64,000 nt of DNA from Hydrolagus colliei (lineage: Eukaryota): the NCBI GenBank assembly GCA_035084275.1, contig CM068756.1, forward strand, positions 5,766,001 through 5,830,000. Direction: 5' to 3'. Below are positions 49,791 to 62,500 of this stretch, in pieces. A program made the translations under genes and the position numbers. Within the stretch, counting starts at the first letter, position 1. The number at the start of each line of letters is the position of its first letter. The notes below the pieces were generated by a model, which was not told where the DNA came from, did no database searches, and saw only the letters and a list, made by a program, of their open reading frames with translations.

Positions 49791-51353
49791 ATTGTTGAAC
49801 CAATGATGAGTGCATCTTCAACACATCGTCCCTCAGACTGTGTGGCTGCACCACTTTGTCCAAGATATTCTGGCTTCATTAGTCCTGGAAAATGTCATGT
49901 ATGGTTGGCCAGATAAGAATTGTTTTTAAACTCAGTTAAATTAATGGTCCACTCACCAAAATTGTTATTTCCACTGTATCAGGTAATAATGAGCTTTCCC
50001 CCCACAAATTAAACAAATGTACCTTTGGTACCAATGCACTATTGGGGAGGGGGCAGGGTATCACAGCTGCAGGATCCAAAGGAACACAGGTGCAAGGAAA
50101 CCAGGAAAGAAGGATTGCGGAGGGAGAAACAGACTTGGATTTGCTTACGATTGAGAGGCTTTGCCTTTTAGTTCATCCAAAACAGTAAATCGTTTCCGCA
50201 GCTGTAATTGGAAATCTCCATTCCTGCCCCATGGTTGACAAACAGGCTCCTTTGCCTGCTGGTAATCTGTGCAGGAGCTGATCGGGTAGACATCTGTGGT
50301 CTTTCCATTAAGGGCAAATTTGATCTTGTGAGTGTTGTGTCAGCAACTTAACAAGAGCAACAAGTTGGTTGTAATGCAATAGCAAGAAAGTAAAAATCTA
50401 ATCACTATAATGGTGCAAGTAGTTAACAAGAGGAGGCATGGAAGGAATCGATTTAGCTAAACCCGATTACAGGATTCTTACTGAACCAATATTTGCTTTT
50501 TAAAAAAACACACTGAAGTTTAACAGATTTACAATTTAGATTGCTTATTTATTCCAAGGCATTAGCTGTTTGAACCAAACCCCAGCCTAAAATGTTTCAT
50601 ATATTTCATGTTTAACCAAGTAATTTACAGTGGTTAAGCTGTCCTCATTGCATTTGACTACACCACGTTATTTGTGAACATTTCTGATAGTCAGGTTGAA
50701 ATTAAGCAATTCAGAATTACAAACTGCTAACTTTTTAAATGACTTGCAATATTTTTTTTAAAAAGTAGTACAGCCATACAGAAGTAACAACATGTACAAC
50801 ATTTATTTTGTCTTTGTTTTAAACTCTTATTTGATTAAAAAAACTGCTGTTTCCAAGCAATCTCCCCTTGGCCCAGAAAGTCTATCATGAACATTCTCAA
50901 TCCTCAACTTTATTACACACCCAGATTCTCCTGTGAGAGAATCTAGTTGATACAGCCTAGCTGGATCTGGGATTTTCAATCAGTCCTTTGAAATCTACTC
51001 ACTAAAAACACAAAGTAATTTGTAACCATATTATGTGTGCACCATTCCCAGCCACTCTCAGCAACCGCCCAGAGACAAATAGCCAATTATCCCAGCATTC
51101 TGCATGCTTTTTCACCCTTTCCTAATATGCATTCCTCCATTTGGTTTAACAAGTTTAATTAACCTGCATTCCTTTATTCAGTCGAAGAGGAAAGTACAAG
51201 ACAGAAAGAACCTCCAAATTTGTGTTAAAAATTAAACTAGCTTAAAAAATCATTTGATGCCAGTTATATTCTGAAAGAAAAAATGCATCAAACTAGAGAG
51301 GTTAATGAGTGTTTTAAAATTACTATTTTCCATCTGTTTTGCAATCGACTGCC

Positions 51354-51510
51354 CATAACCATTTGGACAAACTAAATGTTTTACAAAATTCGAATTTCTT
51401 GAATTGTATGTCAATGTGTTAATGCTAGCCTGAAATGAGAGTTGTGAGACATGAAAGTTTTAAAAATCTCTTGAATTTTGCAAAACATTTAGTTTGTCCA
51501 AACTGCTATG
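51354..51510. mobile_element. MITE-like element with 38-bp inverted termini, superfamily unassigned
   Basis: Left CATAACCATTTGGACAAACTAAATGTTTTACAAAATTC versus right (reverse complement) CATAGCAGTTTGGACAAACTAAATGTTTTGCAAAATTC, 4 mismatches. Confidence 0.75.
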
Positions 51511-54500
51511 AATATAACTCAATGCTCATCATATACACCATATGAAATGTCATCCCTAAAACCATAAATTTTGTGTTTTACAAATAACTGTTTAAAGTAT
51601 TTAGCTTAAAACTAAGGTAACAGACTCGCTAATTTCGCTTAAACGGATTAAAAGCAAACATTCTTAATCAAATGCCCACCCAAAAGTGTACTAGAACAAT
51701 TGAGGAATACAGAGTTAACAGCAGCAGCCATGTGAATAGTTTGAATCTCACACTTACTCACGCAATTGTGCATGAAAGCAGAATTCTGAGGGAGTTCCTT
51801 TGAAATGTATTTTTTGTTTTATGTCGGGAACCAGCACAATGCTATCTACAATTTTGTTGATGTCACCTTCAATAAACACCAGTGTGTGGATTATCTGAGA
51901 TGTGTGTTTGCGCTGCCTTCCTACCGACTCGCTAAGAAAGTAGCAAGGTCGTATTCAATACAATCAGAGCGCTGGTGGGATGCCTTTCACCACTTTACAA
52001 GGCAATGGTTGTGGCACCCTCTTTATTTTGGTTATTTGATGCTTTCAATGCACCTGTGGCGTAGGTAGAAGCACACCTGATTCTCAGGTGAATTATTTCT
52101 GTAGGAGAAAAATCAAAGACAGCATCTTGCTTTGAAAGAACCTTCTTCCATCTGGCAAAATGACTTTTGGTCTCTAATGTGACTTGTTGTCTAAAAATAG
52201 GATGAAGACAAATTGTTATCATTTACAAAAGCCCATGACAATAATGATAAATGAACAAATTTTTTTTGCCCTCTGAAGTCATTGCTTAAGGCTTTTTCTG
52301 GGATCAACAATGTTAAAACAGTAAACTAGCATCATCTGCATCACCAGAGGGTTTACAAATAGCTTTGTAAACAATTTTAGCCAGTGCGTTAATCTCTCCA
52401 ACAGAACTGGGCCTCAGATGATCTATGATTGATTTGCAATTCAAAATGACAATAGAATCCTTGAAACAAATATGAAAAAGAACAAACTTTCTGTGAGTAA
52501 TGCTGGAATTGATAGGAGAGGATAAGGTACATCTGTCACCAGATAGGGGGCATTTCAAATAAATAACAGTCACCACAGAGCATTCGTGAATGTGCATCTG
52601 CGAAAAATACAGTAAGTGATGCAAAGAGAAAACATTCCAACCGCTTTTGTTCTGTGTTTATTTTATTTATATCTAATTCTCAATATCCAAAGCATAATCT
52701 GCAAGGGACTATTAGATCCCCTCTGCATCTAGTGCAACGAAATCTATGATTAATGGAGAACAGATTAAGAGAGGACAGAGTGCCTGAAAAATTAGCTGTG
52801 TTGTGGCTGCAGTAGGAAAATGCAGATTCCAATGAAATTAACGACCGGAAAATTGTGCATTCTTTTGTTTTTATTTTTTACTCCATTTGAATCAATATTA
52901 AAGGAGGGGGGAAAAAATCTGAATTTGACATCAACACAGTGGTTGGTGGTTGGTGTAAAAAAAAAGCCCTGAATTCTTAAAGGATTCTGAAAAGTTGACC
53001 TATCTTTTATTGATGAAGAGAGGCTCAAAGATTTCACCCATTTACTGTGGAAAAGCAGCCAAGTAAGGATCGGAGTTATTAAGGTAATTATTAGGAATAC
53101 AATAGTACTTACAACACTTAATATAGTCCCTGTTCATGTTGCACTGAGTAAAGCAGCTATTAAAATGGCATGCATTTGTCCTTACCAATTGGGAAACAAT
53201 GCTGTGGGATTTGAAAAGGATATTAAAAAAATGTTGATGGATAATGTTTTAGGTATGGTCATCCTTTTTGGGTTACAGTAGCAATTCAGAGACTGACACT
53301 AATAAAAGAACTTGACTACAGCTTTTAATACTTGTCTAGCTCCTTCAGCACACTGTGTAAACCTTCAAGGAGTAGTGAATGTGTTTGATATCAACAGGAC
53401 GTATGGATATAGGAGCACTTGGCAAAAAGGAAACATTGTGTGGCATTGATTGTTAAATCCGGCAGCTTGTTACACTCAGGCTTCACAAAGAACATCATGT
53501 CTTTGCAGATAGAGGAGAGTTGGTATTTATCAGGGGTTCAGAGATAGTTCAGCCACACACTTGACAAATTATTTGTGGAATTGTTGTATTCACAGTCACT
53601 TAAATAAGAATCTGTCAACACATGGCTCTGGTTTGTTGCAGTAGGTCTAGGATGTTTCAGTGCTCTCAGAATATGACGGATTGGAGGTAATGCAAATTCA
53701 CTACCATTTTATATGTCGATGCCTTCCTAACAGACAGAAAGCATAGCTCAGAGTCATCTTCTAAAATGCCTTCAATATAAGACCTACCTTTCCTCCAGTA
53801 AAATAAATTTAACCGGGCCTCAAATGTGCTTGCTGTTTTAATTCCTGAATATAAAAGCGCCAGTAGCATTTGTTTTATTTTTCTTTAGCTTGGAGAAACC
53901 GATTTTCATTTCTTTAATGAATCCATCTTCTTACTTCAGAAACAAAACCCGTTTGACGAAGAGAGATGTAACCCGGGAAATAAATGTAATTATTTCTGAT
54001 TCTTGTTAATGGCCGGAGCTGTAATTGGTGGTACATTCAACCACACATCCCATTGTTGTTCAGTATATCGTTTCATGGTAAAAAAAAGTAAAACACAAAT
54101 AAATTGTATTTCTGGTGTAACACCAGACTGAGTATACTTTGATTGAGGTGCAGATACTTTACAATCTGCTGACATTCACTCGGGGGTTCTGTGCAGTGGC
54201 TACGTGACATGGCTCTGTGGGTTATTACAAAATCAAAGATTTAGTGATGTTGTACCGCAGAACTTCCAGCCTCTGCAACTCTTGAGTGAGTTATGAGACT
54301 CAACCAATTTGACTCTTTTTTTCCAGTAACCCTTCATATATCAAATGTCTATTTCATGCTATGGTTTATGCTATAAATTCTTTTTTCAAACAAAGCATTT
54401 TTGTAAGTTGATAGTGGCTTAGTACAGTATAGAGGAGCCGAGCAGTGGCAGGGCCGTTGATTTGAATGTGGTGTAATTGGAAGGCTCTGTTGGCCAGTCT

Positions 54501-54876
54501 CTGACACTGCCTCTCTCCTGTCCATTGAGAAGTGTGCGAGAGCACACAATACTATGGTCTGCCCTCTGCATTTATTCTCTTAAAAATAGTTTTCTAATGA
54601 TTATTTGTGGATGTTTCAGGAGTAGTACTTTTTCAGATGGAGCACTTTTGATCAGTTGATAATTCCCATTATTGTAACACCAACCTGGCACAGAAAGTAT
54701 TACCACACACAGAGGGTTGTGATGATGTGAAAACCTCTGCCCCAGAACACTGTGGAGGCAAAATCAATAAAACAAAAATTCCTGAAAGAGAAATAGATAC
54801 TTGAATTGCAGATATATTAAGAGCAGTGAAATTTAAATATCTGCCAAGAATTAATAAACAGGTGGACTAGGCTAAG

Positions 54877-55693
54877 TAGGCGCTGCCAGCCTCAACATCC
54901 AAGGCTGCACTCTCCACCTCACAAAGCCAATCAGGAACCTCGGCATCATATTCGATCAAAAACTCTCCTTCCTCCCCCACATCCGTGCCTTGACCGGCAC
55001 CGCTTATTTCCACCTGCGCAACATTGCCAGGCTCCGCAAATATCTTACCCCCCACGCTGCCGAAACACTCGTGCACGCATACATCACCTCGAGGCTGGAC
55101 TACGGAAATTCTCTCCTCGTCAGCCTCCCCAGTTCCTCCATTCACAGGCTGCAGGTCATCCAAAACTCTGCAGCCCGTGTATTATCCCGCACCCGCCTCC
55201 GCGACCATATAACCCCCACCCTCGCCCATCTCCATTGGCTCCCCATTCTCCAGAGGATCGAGTTCAAGATCCTCGTCCTCACCTTCAAGGCCTTACATGG
55301 CCTTGCCCCGCCCTATTTAACCAACCTACTTTCCCCCTACAAGCCCACCCGGACCCTCCTTTCAACAGGACTTGGCCTGCTCCAAGCCCCCCGCCCGAAC
55401 TGCCCCACCAACGGAGGCCGGGCCTTCAGTTTCTCCGCTCCCACCCTATGGAATGCCATCCCTCAATCCCCCCGTCTTGTTTCTTCCCTTTCCTCTTTCA
55501 AGGCCGGTTTGAAGACTTTCCTCTTTGACCGTGCCTTTTGTTCCACCCTGAATTTTTCGACCTCCCCTTCATGTCTCACCCCTTCCCAAACACTCCCCTC
55601 TCAGCTCAGGTCACACGCCTCCTGTGCAGCGCCTTGGGACGTCCTCCCGACGTGAAAGGCGCTCTATAAATGTAATTTGTTGTTGTTGTTGTT
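54877..55693 (+). mobile_element. L2-clade LINE, second 5'-truncated copy of the same family
   Basis: Colinear with 36729-37540 at roughly 95% identity by eye. Uninterrupted frame to TGA at 55653-55655, same 3' stem-loop and (TTG)n tail. TAGGCT flanks both sides (54868-73, 55693-98), a probable TSD. Confidence 0.95.
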
Positions 55694-56372
55694 AGGCTGA
55701 ATGATTTTCTCCTGCTCATGTTTTCCTACAGATTCTATCCCAGATATTTGTGTGGGTTTGACGGTGGCTTTCCCTATTACTTCCAATATGTCTTATAGCT
55801 GATATATTGATTATGAAAAGAAAATGCTTGGGGAATTGGATTTTCAAGGATTGGTTTGGGGACATGATCAGCGAGGATGGGTTGCCGTTATTGTGTGTTC
55901 CAGGTTGAAAACTAATCAGAGGAAATAAATTCTTTATCCTTGTCAATTTGAATGGCTGCAGTGTTCTAGATTCACTGTCTGCAAGTACATATCATGCCTG
56001 AGAGAGTTATCAAACAAGCAGCATATTAACTCCAGTTAATATTAACTGTGATTCTAGATCTTGAAATTAAATTGGTCAGCTCAGTAAATAAGTGCAAAAT
56101 AGCAGCACTGGAGGCATTGTTAATATCAGATTGATGTATTGTTTCTGTGAAGGCTGACAAAGATGGACCCCGAGGGCGCATGTACAATATTGTTCCATTT
56201 CTACCAGGAAAATTGAAGCTTTGCATTGTTGCACTGTTTTAATCGTACGATGATCTTAGCACAGCAGTGCAACCACATTCATATTGTTACATGGTTTAAT
56301 AATACCAGGGGCACATCTGTAGATTTTACACATCCAGAATTCTCCTTTCATTCTTAGAAAACAGGAATAATT

Positions 56373-56640
56373 TCACCGGTAGATCCTGCTTCCTCCTTCA
56401 AGGTTAGAGTCACTGCTAACACTAATGCTACAAGTGACCTCGTGCTCCATGGCTTCCAAGACACATTCTATTAGGTGGCTAACATGAGATTTCTCGCAAC
56501 CTTGGGCATCATTGCTGTCATGTTCTTTCACAGATACACAGTTCCAGGCAGTGGCTGATACATCCAGGGCAATTTCCTGTTCCCTTCCATTTCCAATTTC
56601 CAATGTTTCTAAAGAAAATGTTTCCCATGCTTTACACACT
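56373..56640 (-). mobile_element. Possible decayed LINE RT fragment
   Basis: GREQEIALDVSATAWNCV resembles the RT motif IALDISxAFDRV. Confidence 0.3.
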
Positions 56641-57028
56641 CATAAACTCATTTCAATTTGTAGTCAACGCTAACATGAACATCCAGTCAGATGGAAGTTC
56701 TTATAAAGCACCTCTTAAACATTAATTTGATTGACAAAATGAACACTCTAATCAACATTAAAATATATGCCACATGGCGTTAGCAGTCATGGAATCACAA
56801 TACACATTTTAGATTTTATTCAACATAAAAATGCAAAATGGTAAACGTTGTAAGGAAACAAACATGCATCTAAATTAGTGCCAGTGTAATAAATGGAAGA
56901 ACATTACTGTTTATGCCCATTATGTACTCTTTATCAGAATCTCTGGGGACGTATTGGAGATCTTAAACAATCAATAAGCCAGAGGAACTGTGAACTGAAG
57001 GAAGCAGGTATTAGTGATAGAATAAGTG

Positions 57029-57175
57029 ATCATAGAATCATAGAATTGTGCAGCACAGAAGGAGACCATTCGGCCCATCGTGTCTGCGCCGACTCTTTGA
57101 AAAGAGCTGACCAAATCAATCTCCCGCTCTCTCCCCATAGCCCTGCAAGCCCGTCCTCCCAAATAACTATCTAAT
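57029..57175 (-). mobile_element. CR1 LINE 3' end
   Basis: ATCATAGAATCATAGAA tail followed by CAGCACAGAAGGAGACCATTCGGCCCATC, similar to 13711-13870. Confidence 0.9.
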
Positions 57176-58059
57176 GATGGAGGAGAAGAAGAAGATCAGT
57201 AGTAGAGGAGAAGATCAGTGTTCCTCTTCTTTGTGTGACAGTATATTTAGGGAAGATCACTGATGGCCAGTGTTTTCGAGGAACCGTATGAAGGTATATG
57301 GTATGAATGAGCCTAACAGTGACAGGGGAAGAAAGGTGAAGAGGCATTGTTGGCCTTAGGTGATACAGGTACTAACCAAACTGATCTAATCAGAGACTTA
57401 CATTGCGATTCACCTGTAAATCCATCCTAAGCGTCCACAGCTGCGAGCAACATTAAAAAAGAGAGGCAGGAAGCTGTGTCGAGTCAATATCAAGCTTTCA
57501 TCTCTTACATTATTATGGCTTGCTTTGTTCCTCTCGTAACAATATTCCTCAATTTACTGTTTTCTGGACTCATTTCTATCCTACAAACAGGTACTCAGTA
57601 TTGTAACCAGCTACTGGCTTTTTTTTTAACCAAACCAAACGAGGAAAAGAGCATTCTCAAAGCAAAAGAGCACCTTTTGTTTGAATATTCACCTTTCATT
57701 ACAGTTTTCACGAAGAGAAAATAGCATTTGTTGGAGTAGAGAATACATTGTAGCACCATGTGAACCAACATTGATTGGAATAATAAACCAACAATACAGG
57801 TCGGAATAGTGGCAGGCAATTACATTTGTATGTTTTTTTTGTCAAGGTGGGAATTATCTGTCCTTAAAATACAATTTTAAGAATAGTATTTTAAGAATTT
57901 ACAATCAAAATAATGTCCTTAAAATAAAAATGTTTATTTAACAACAGAAGTATCAGGAGTAATGGTCTTTTATTTATAATTAATTTTCTACCTCCAACAG
58001 ATATTTCTCAATTCCAAGGGTAACAATTAATTTGATATAATTTGACAAAATTATTTTGG

Positions 58060-58187
58060 ATAATTTTGCTTACAAAGTACGCAGTTATTTCACTTTACAA
58101 AATATTCTGTAAAGCCTTTTGAGACATATCAACAACATGATAAGACCCTATATTAAGTGCAAGGATTGTTGTTATTGTATTATTATT
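58060..58187 (+). mobile_element. SINE 3' fragment (same family)
   Basis: TTCACTTTACAAAATATTCTGTAAAGC...TATATTAAGTGCAAGGATT. Confidence 0.75.
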
Positions 58188-58499
58188 TAATATCAATAAT
58201 TCCTCATGACTTATGAGTTGTTGCTAGCTGTCAGTTTAGCAATGTACAGCATTTTTATTAATGAATTAAACAGAGAAAGCCCTATCTTTGGGATACAGCC
58301 TATATTTTATTTAACGGTACGATTAAGGGTTAATAGAGCTCTGTTTTAAAAAATGATAGGAAGCAATTATTTTTGTATTAGTTATTGGTGTTGCTTATCA
58401 TCAAGTATACTGTACTGTACAGTACTGTATAACTAATACAACAGCCTGGAAGTGGAATACTGTGTTTAATTCCAAGACTTTGGTTGCTTGTTTTAACAA

Positions 58500-59160
58500 A
58501 GTTTCAAATGCCGAAGAAACATTACCACAATGTAATCAATATTGCATTTTATATGTAATATTGGTACAATCTGCTACATTATTGAAATTGATTCATTTGT
58601 ATAGATAGAAATACAGTGCAAATTAGTGTGAGGATAGTGATAGAAATGGGTGATATTAAAATTGAAGTTGTTAATTTAGAATTGTCATTCACATTTGCCA
58701 AAATGAAATGATCTTAATTTCATTTGCTGTTGCTATATACTTAAGTTAAATAAATAGAACTTCTCAGATATGTGAGGTTATATATGTTTAATTGTACACT
58801 ACTTTACCAATACATGATTCATTTATACAATACTTATTATGTTATGATGTAATATATTATTAAGCCATTAAATTCTTTTCAAGGGATATATTATAAATAT
58901 TTAATGTAAGACTACATTGGTGAAATTAATATTAATTTATATTTTATATAATTATGCCATCCATCATTTTGTTATACAAATTATTATAATTACAATTTTA
59001 CTTAAAATAAGATGCCATTGTATAATATATTTATTTGTAAAATAAATCATTGTGATTTGTGATATTACCGTATTTAGTATTTATGTACCAACAATATTTT
59101 ATGGTGTCGTTATTGATTTACATGCTACATAAAATAGTATGAGCCACATAGTTAGACATT
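58500..59160. other. Very AT-rich low-complexity tract
   Basis: Long runs of A/T with few G/C and no recognisable repeat unit. Confidence 0.6.
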
Positions 59161-59520
59161 CCCTTGTAAAGGATTACTAATTGTTGTTGTAGTTTACACC
59201 TTATTTTTAATGTTAAGTTGTTTTCTTGTAAGAAAGTTTGTTGGGTGTTTGAATAACGCACTTTGCTGAAAAGTACTGCAAAAATTAGCTAGATAGACGT
59301 ACAGCAACAAAAATAGATCATTTGGCTCAACTGATCTGTGACAGTATTTAAACTCCACATGAGCTTCCACACTTCCTCTCACACCTTCTGTTTCCTTCTC
59401 TCTCATGTTTGGGTTGAGATTCCTCTTAAGATTGGTATTTTCTGGTTTAACCATGGGTTTTGGTGATCTGTTTAATGCTATGGAGTTTCCCTTAAACTCT
59501 CTTCTAGTTTTATTAATGGT

Positions 59521-59583
59521 CAACAATAACAACAACTTTGATTTATATAGCGCCCTCCATGCCGAACGGCGTCTCAGAGCGCC
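59521..59583 (-). mobile_element. 3' tail of a different L2-type family
   Basis: Minus strand reads GGCGCTCTGAGACGCCGTTCGGCATGGAGGGCGCTATATAAATCAAAGTTGTTATTGTTG. Confidence 0.75.
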
Positions 59584-62500
59584 GTCCTCTTATATTTATG
59601 ACCCATTTGTTGTGTACTCACCAAAAGGATACATGAGGTCTGTTTGTCTCAATTCCTTCCACTGCACAGGAAACAGCAGCGAATTCAGATTGACTATAAA
59701 TTTTACTGGTCTGTTCACTGATATTGCAGAAACCAATGAAAGCTATAATTTTCTGATAGGTATGTTTCCTTTTTGTGTGATGTTTCATATTAGTTTATGA
59801 TAAACAGATTACAATATAAAACTAGTCACTTTAACTGATTTATCTTCTCAAAACATTTCGGAATTCACATAAGGTGCCTCAATAACAGCTCAAACAAAGA
59901 GAAATGTGCATTTTTCCTGCGTGTCAGCTTTTCACATAAATATCTCAGTAACTACTGATCTTATCAACATAAAAGCTCCATTTATATAGTTAGGCATGTC
60001 ATGTTGGTCAATTGCACAAAAACTTAACCACATGCAATATTAAACTCAATCCTATGCTATCTCCATTAGCTGGAATTTTAAAGTTCTGTCAATGCACTGT
60101 ATTTTCAAATCTTATGTTCCACTTCAAATTGCACTGAATATGAAATTATGAGTGGTGCTACTGATTGCACATTCGGAGGAATAAAGATGTCCTTTCCACA
60201 TCAGCTGGTTGGTTTTACCAGTGCAGTATATATAGGACACAGCTGTACCTCTCTGTTAGCTGTGCAATATTTTTATAACTCTTAACCAATAAATTTGGTG
60301 CAAAGTGTAAAACTTACTAATCACACTTTTTTTAAAAAAAGTCCAACTTACTGTAACATCTATGCTTTAGCACACAGAGTGGGATGGAAAGGTGCTGCTC
60401 TCTTTTCATCCATCTTAACTCACAATCAAGATTGTCACCTTCCAGCTTCTCTGGTTGTTAGTGCCATTGCACAACCTAACCGTACAATCCACATTACTTC
60501 CCCCCCACATTTACACTGAACCTTTATAGCAAAGTTACATTCCTGCTTATTGTGCGGCACCAACTCAATACTTCACAATAGGGATATTTTTAAATAACTC
60601 CCGCATCAGCATGAAAAACATTGTTCATACACTTTCCCTTATTATCACTGAAAATGTAACATTTTCCTTCATCTTTGCATGTGATGTCTGTCAGCCTTTA
60701 GCCTCCTCATCATCTTTTACTAATGCTGCACAGAATATGGCATTTCAGTGTTAAAAAAAATTACAGCGCATCTTCAGGACATTGCAGAAATGGAAATGAC
60801 ACATTTAAGACACGGCTTTCCCCCGTCACAAGGCAAAATGAACGCCAATACCTGTGCAGTGACCTTTAAATAACTATTAATGAGGAAAACAAAAATCCAA
60901 GTGCCAGCAATGCTGACTACATGGGTCTGCCTAAACCTTGCTGCTGGATAAAAAGAGCACCACAAAAACCACCTCAAGTCAGGCAGCCTCTACTCAAAAT
61001 AAAGGTGCTTTTCAACCACAATTTCTGGAGGGGAATTTGTTTTGAAGCGATTGAAGGTACTATATATCGAATTCACCCTTTTATGGGCTTCCTGTCTGTG
61101 TAGTACATTAAATTTCATTTTTTTGATGATAGCATGTTAGCTAATCACCCCTATTGAATTGAAGCATTGCTTGTGTTGCCATTTGGAAGAGATATCAGCA
61201 CAAAAGGCTTGAACAACCAGGACTTACTTATGAAATGACCTGATTCCTGCTGTCAATAACCTTTTCACACAGACTTCATACACAGCACCAAGGCATACTA
61301 AAATGGGAACGGTAATAGGAGGTACAGTATGTGTTTTATTAAAAACTATTGAGTGGAGTCTCTTTCTAGCCAAACTTATTTTGTTTTAACTAACATGCCT
61401 GTTGTTGCCAAAAAGGCTATTTTGGGGGTGGCGAGTTACCATTGAACGAGGTATAATCAATACTGTTTCAATGGTTTGGGACTTGATCACTTTGTTTGGA
61501 TTCAGGTCTGCATAATTCTTTTATTTGATCCTCCACAAATTCTTTTTAACTTGTAGCCACTTGAAAAAAAACGTTGGCAACAAAACCTTCTGAAGAGGCA
61601 GTTTTTTTTATTGCGACAACAGGGGGAAAGAAAGATCACAGTAGTTGCCAATAAGCATGGACATCAATTATTTTTTAATTGTGTAAAAGTACAGGACACT
61701 AATTAAAGCTAGTATATCTTGGAATGCCAAAGGCAAAATTAATTATTAATTTTTATTAATATTCAAGAGCAACACAGAGAACATATTAAACAGATTTTGG
61801 TGTTTCTGTGGTCTTGCTGGGATTTGTATATGAACCCAAGAATATTATACTGTTCTCTTTAATATATTTTACGGGACACATAGTTCATGCATTGAACACC
61901 ACAATGCTATGGAGCATGGCAATCAAATGGTGCCGACTTTCGATATGAGATAAGAATTGTACATGTATAGTTGCAAGCCAGTCAGCGATAAAGGTGAGTT
62001 TTAAACTGAGATCTGACGTACGGACTTTCGCAAATCTTGCCCATTTGAGATCTGTTCTGCTGCATGATTGTTCACTTCTGACAAACCATATGACTCCTTC
62101 TGTTCTGTGAACATTTCCCCCAATAAAGGCGTTCAACGTTCAGATTTGGATCCTGCTCAGTTTAATACGGCTTCCTCTTTGCCCACAATTGATTGTGTCG
62201 TGTATGGCATCTGATTTCGCTATCGGGCTTGCGTTAGTTCAGCTGAACCCACTGAAATCATTAGTATTCTGTTTTGTACTCAACCCTATTTAGTGCCATT
62301 TGAGAAATTCCACATTACGTCAGCAAGCTTAGGCTTCCTCCATTTGCTAAGCGTGAATAGTTGCTGCTGTTCTGCCAATGACCCTTTAAATGAATTCACA
62401 CTTTGATCCAAGCATTTCTAGTTAGTGACCTTTCTAAGTAGAACGCCAATCACGGTTTATGGATTTCACATATCTCGAACTATAGATCAGACCACGCAAA

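Noticed and set aside
61885-62136. Possible Myb/SANT-like Harbinger ORF relic
   Set aside because: Only vague resemblance across frames, with no diagnostic tryptophan pattern established.
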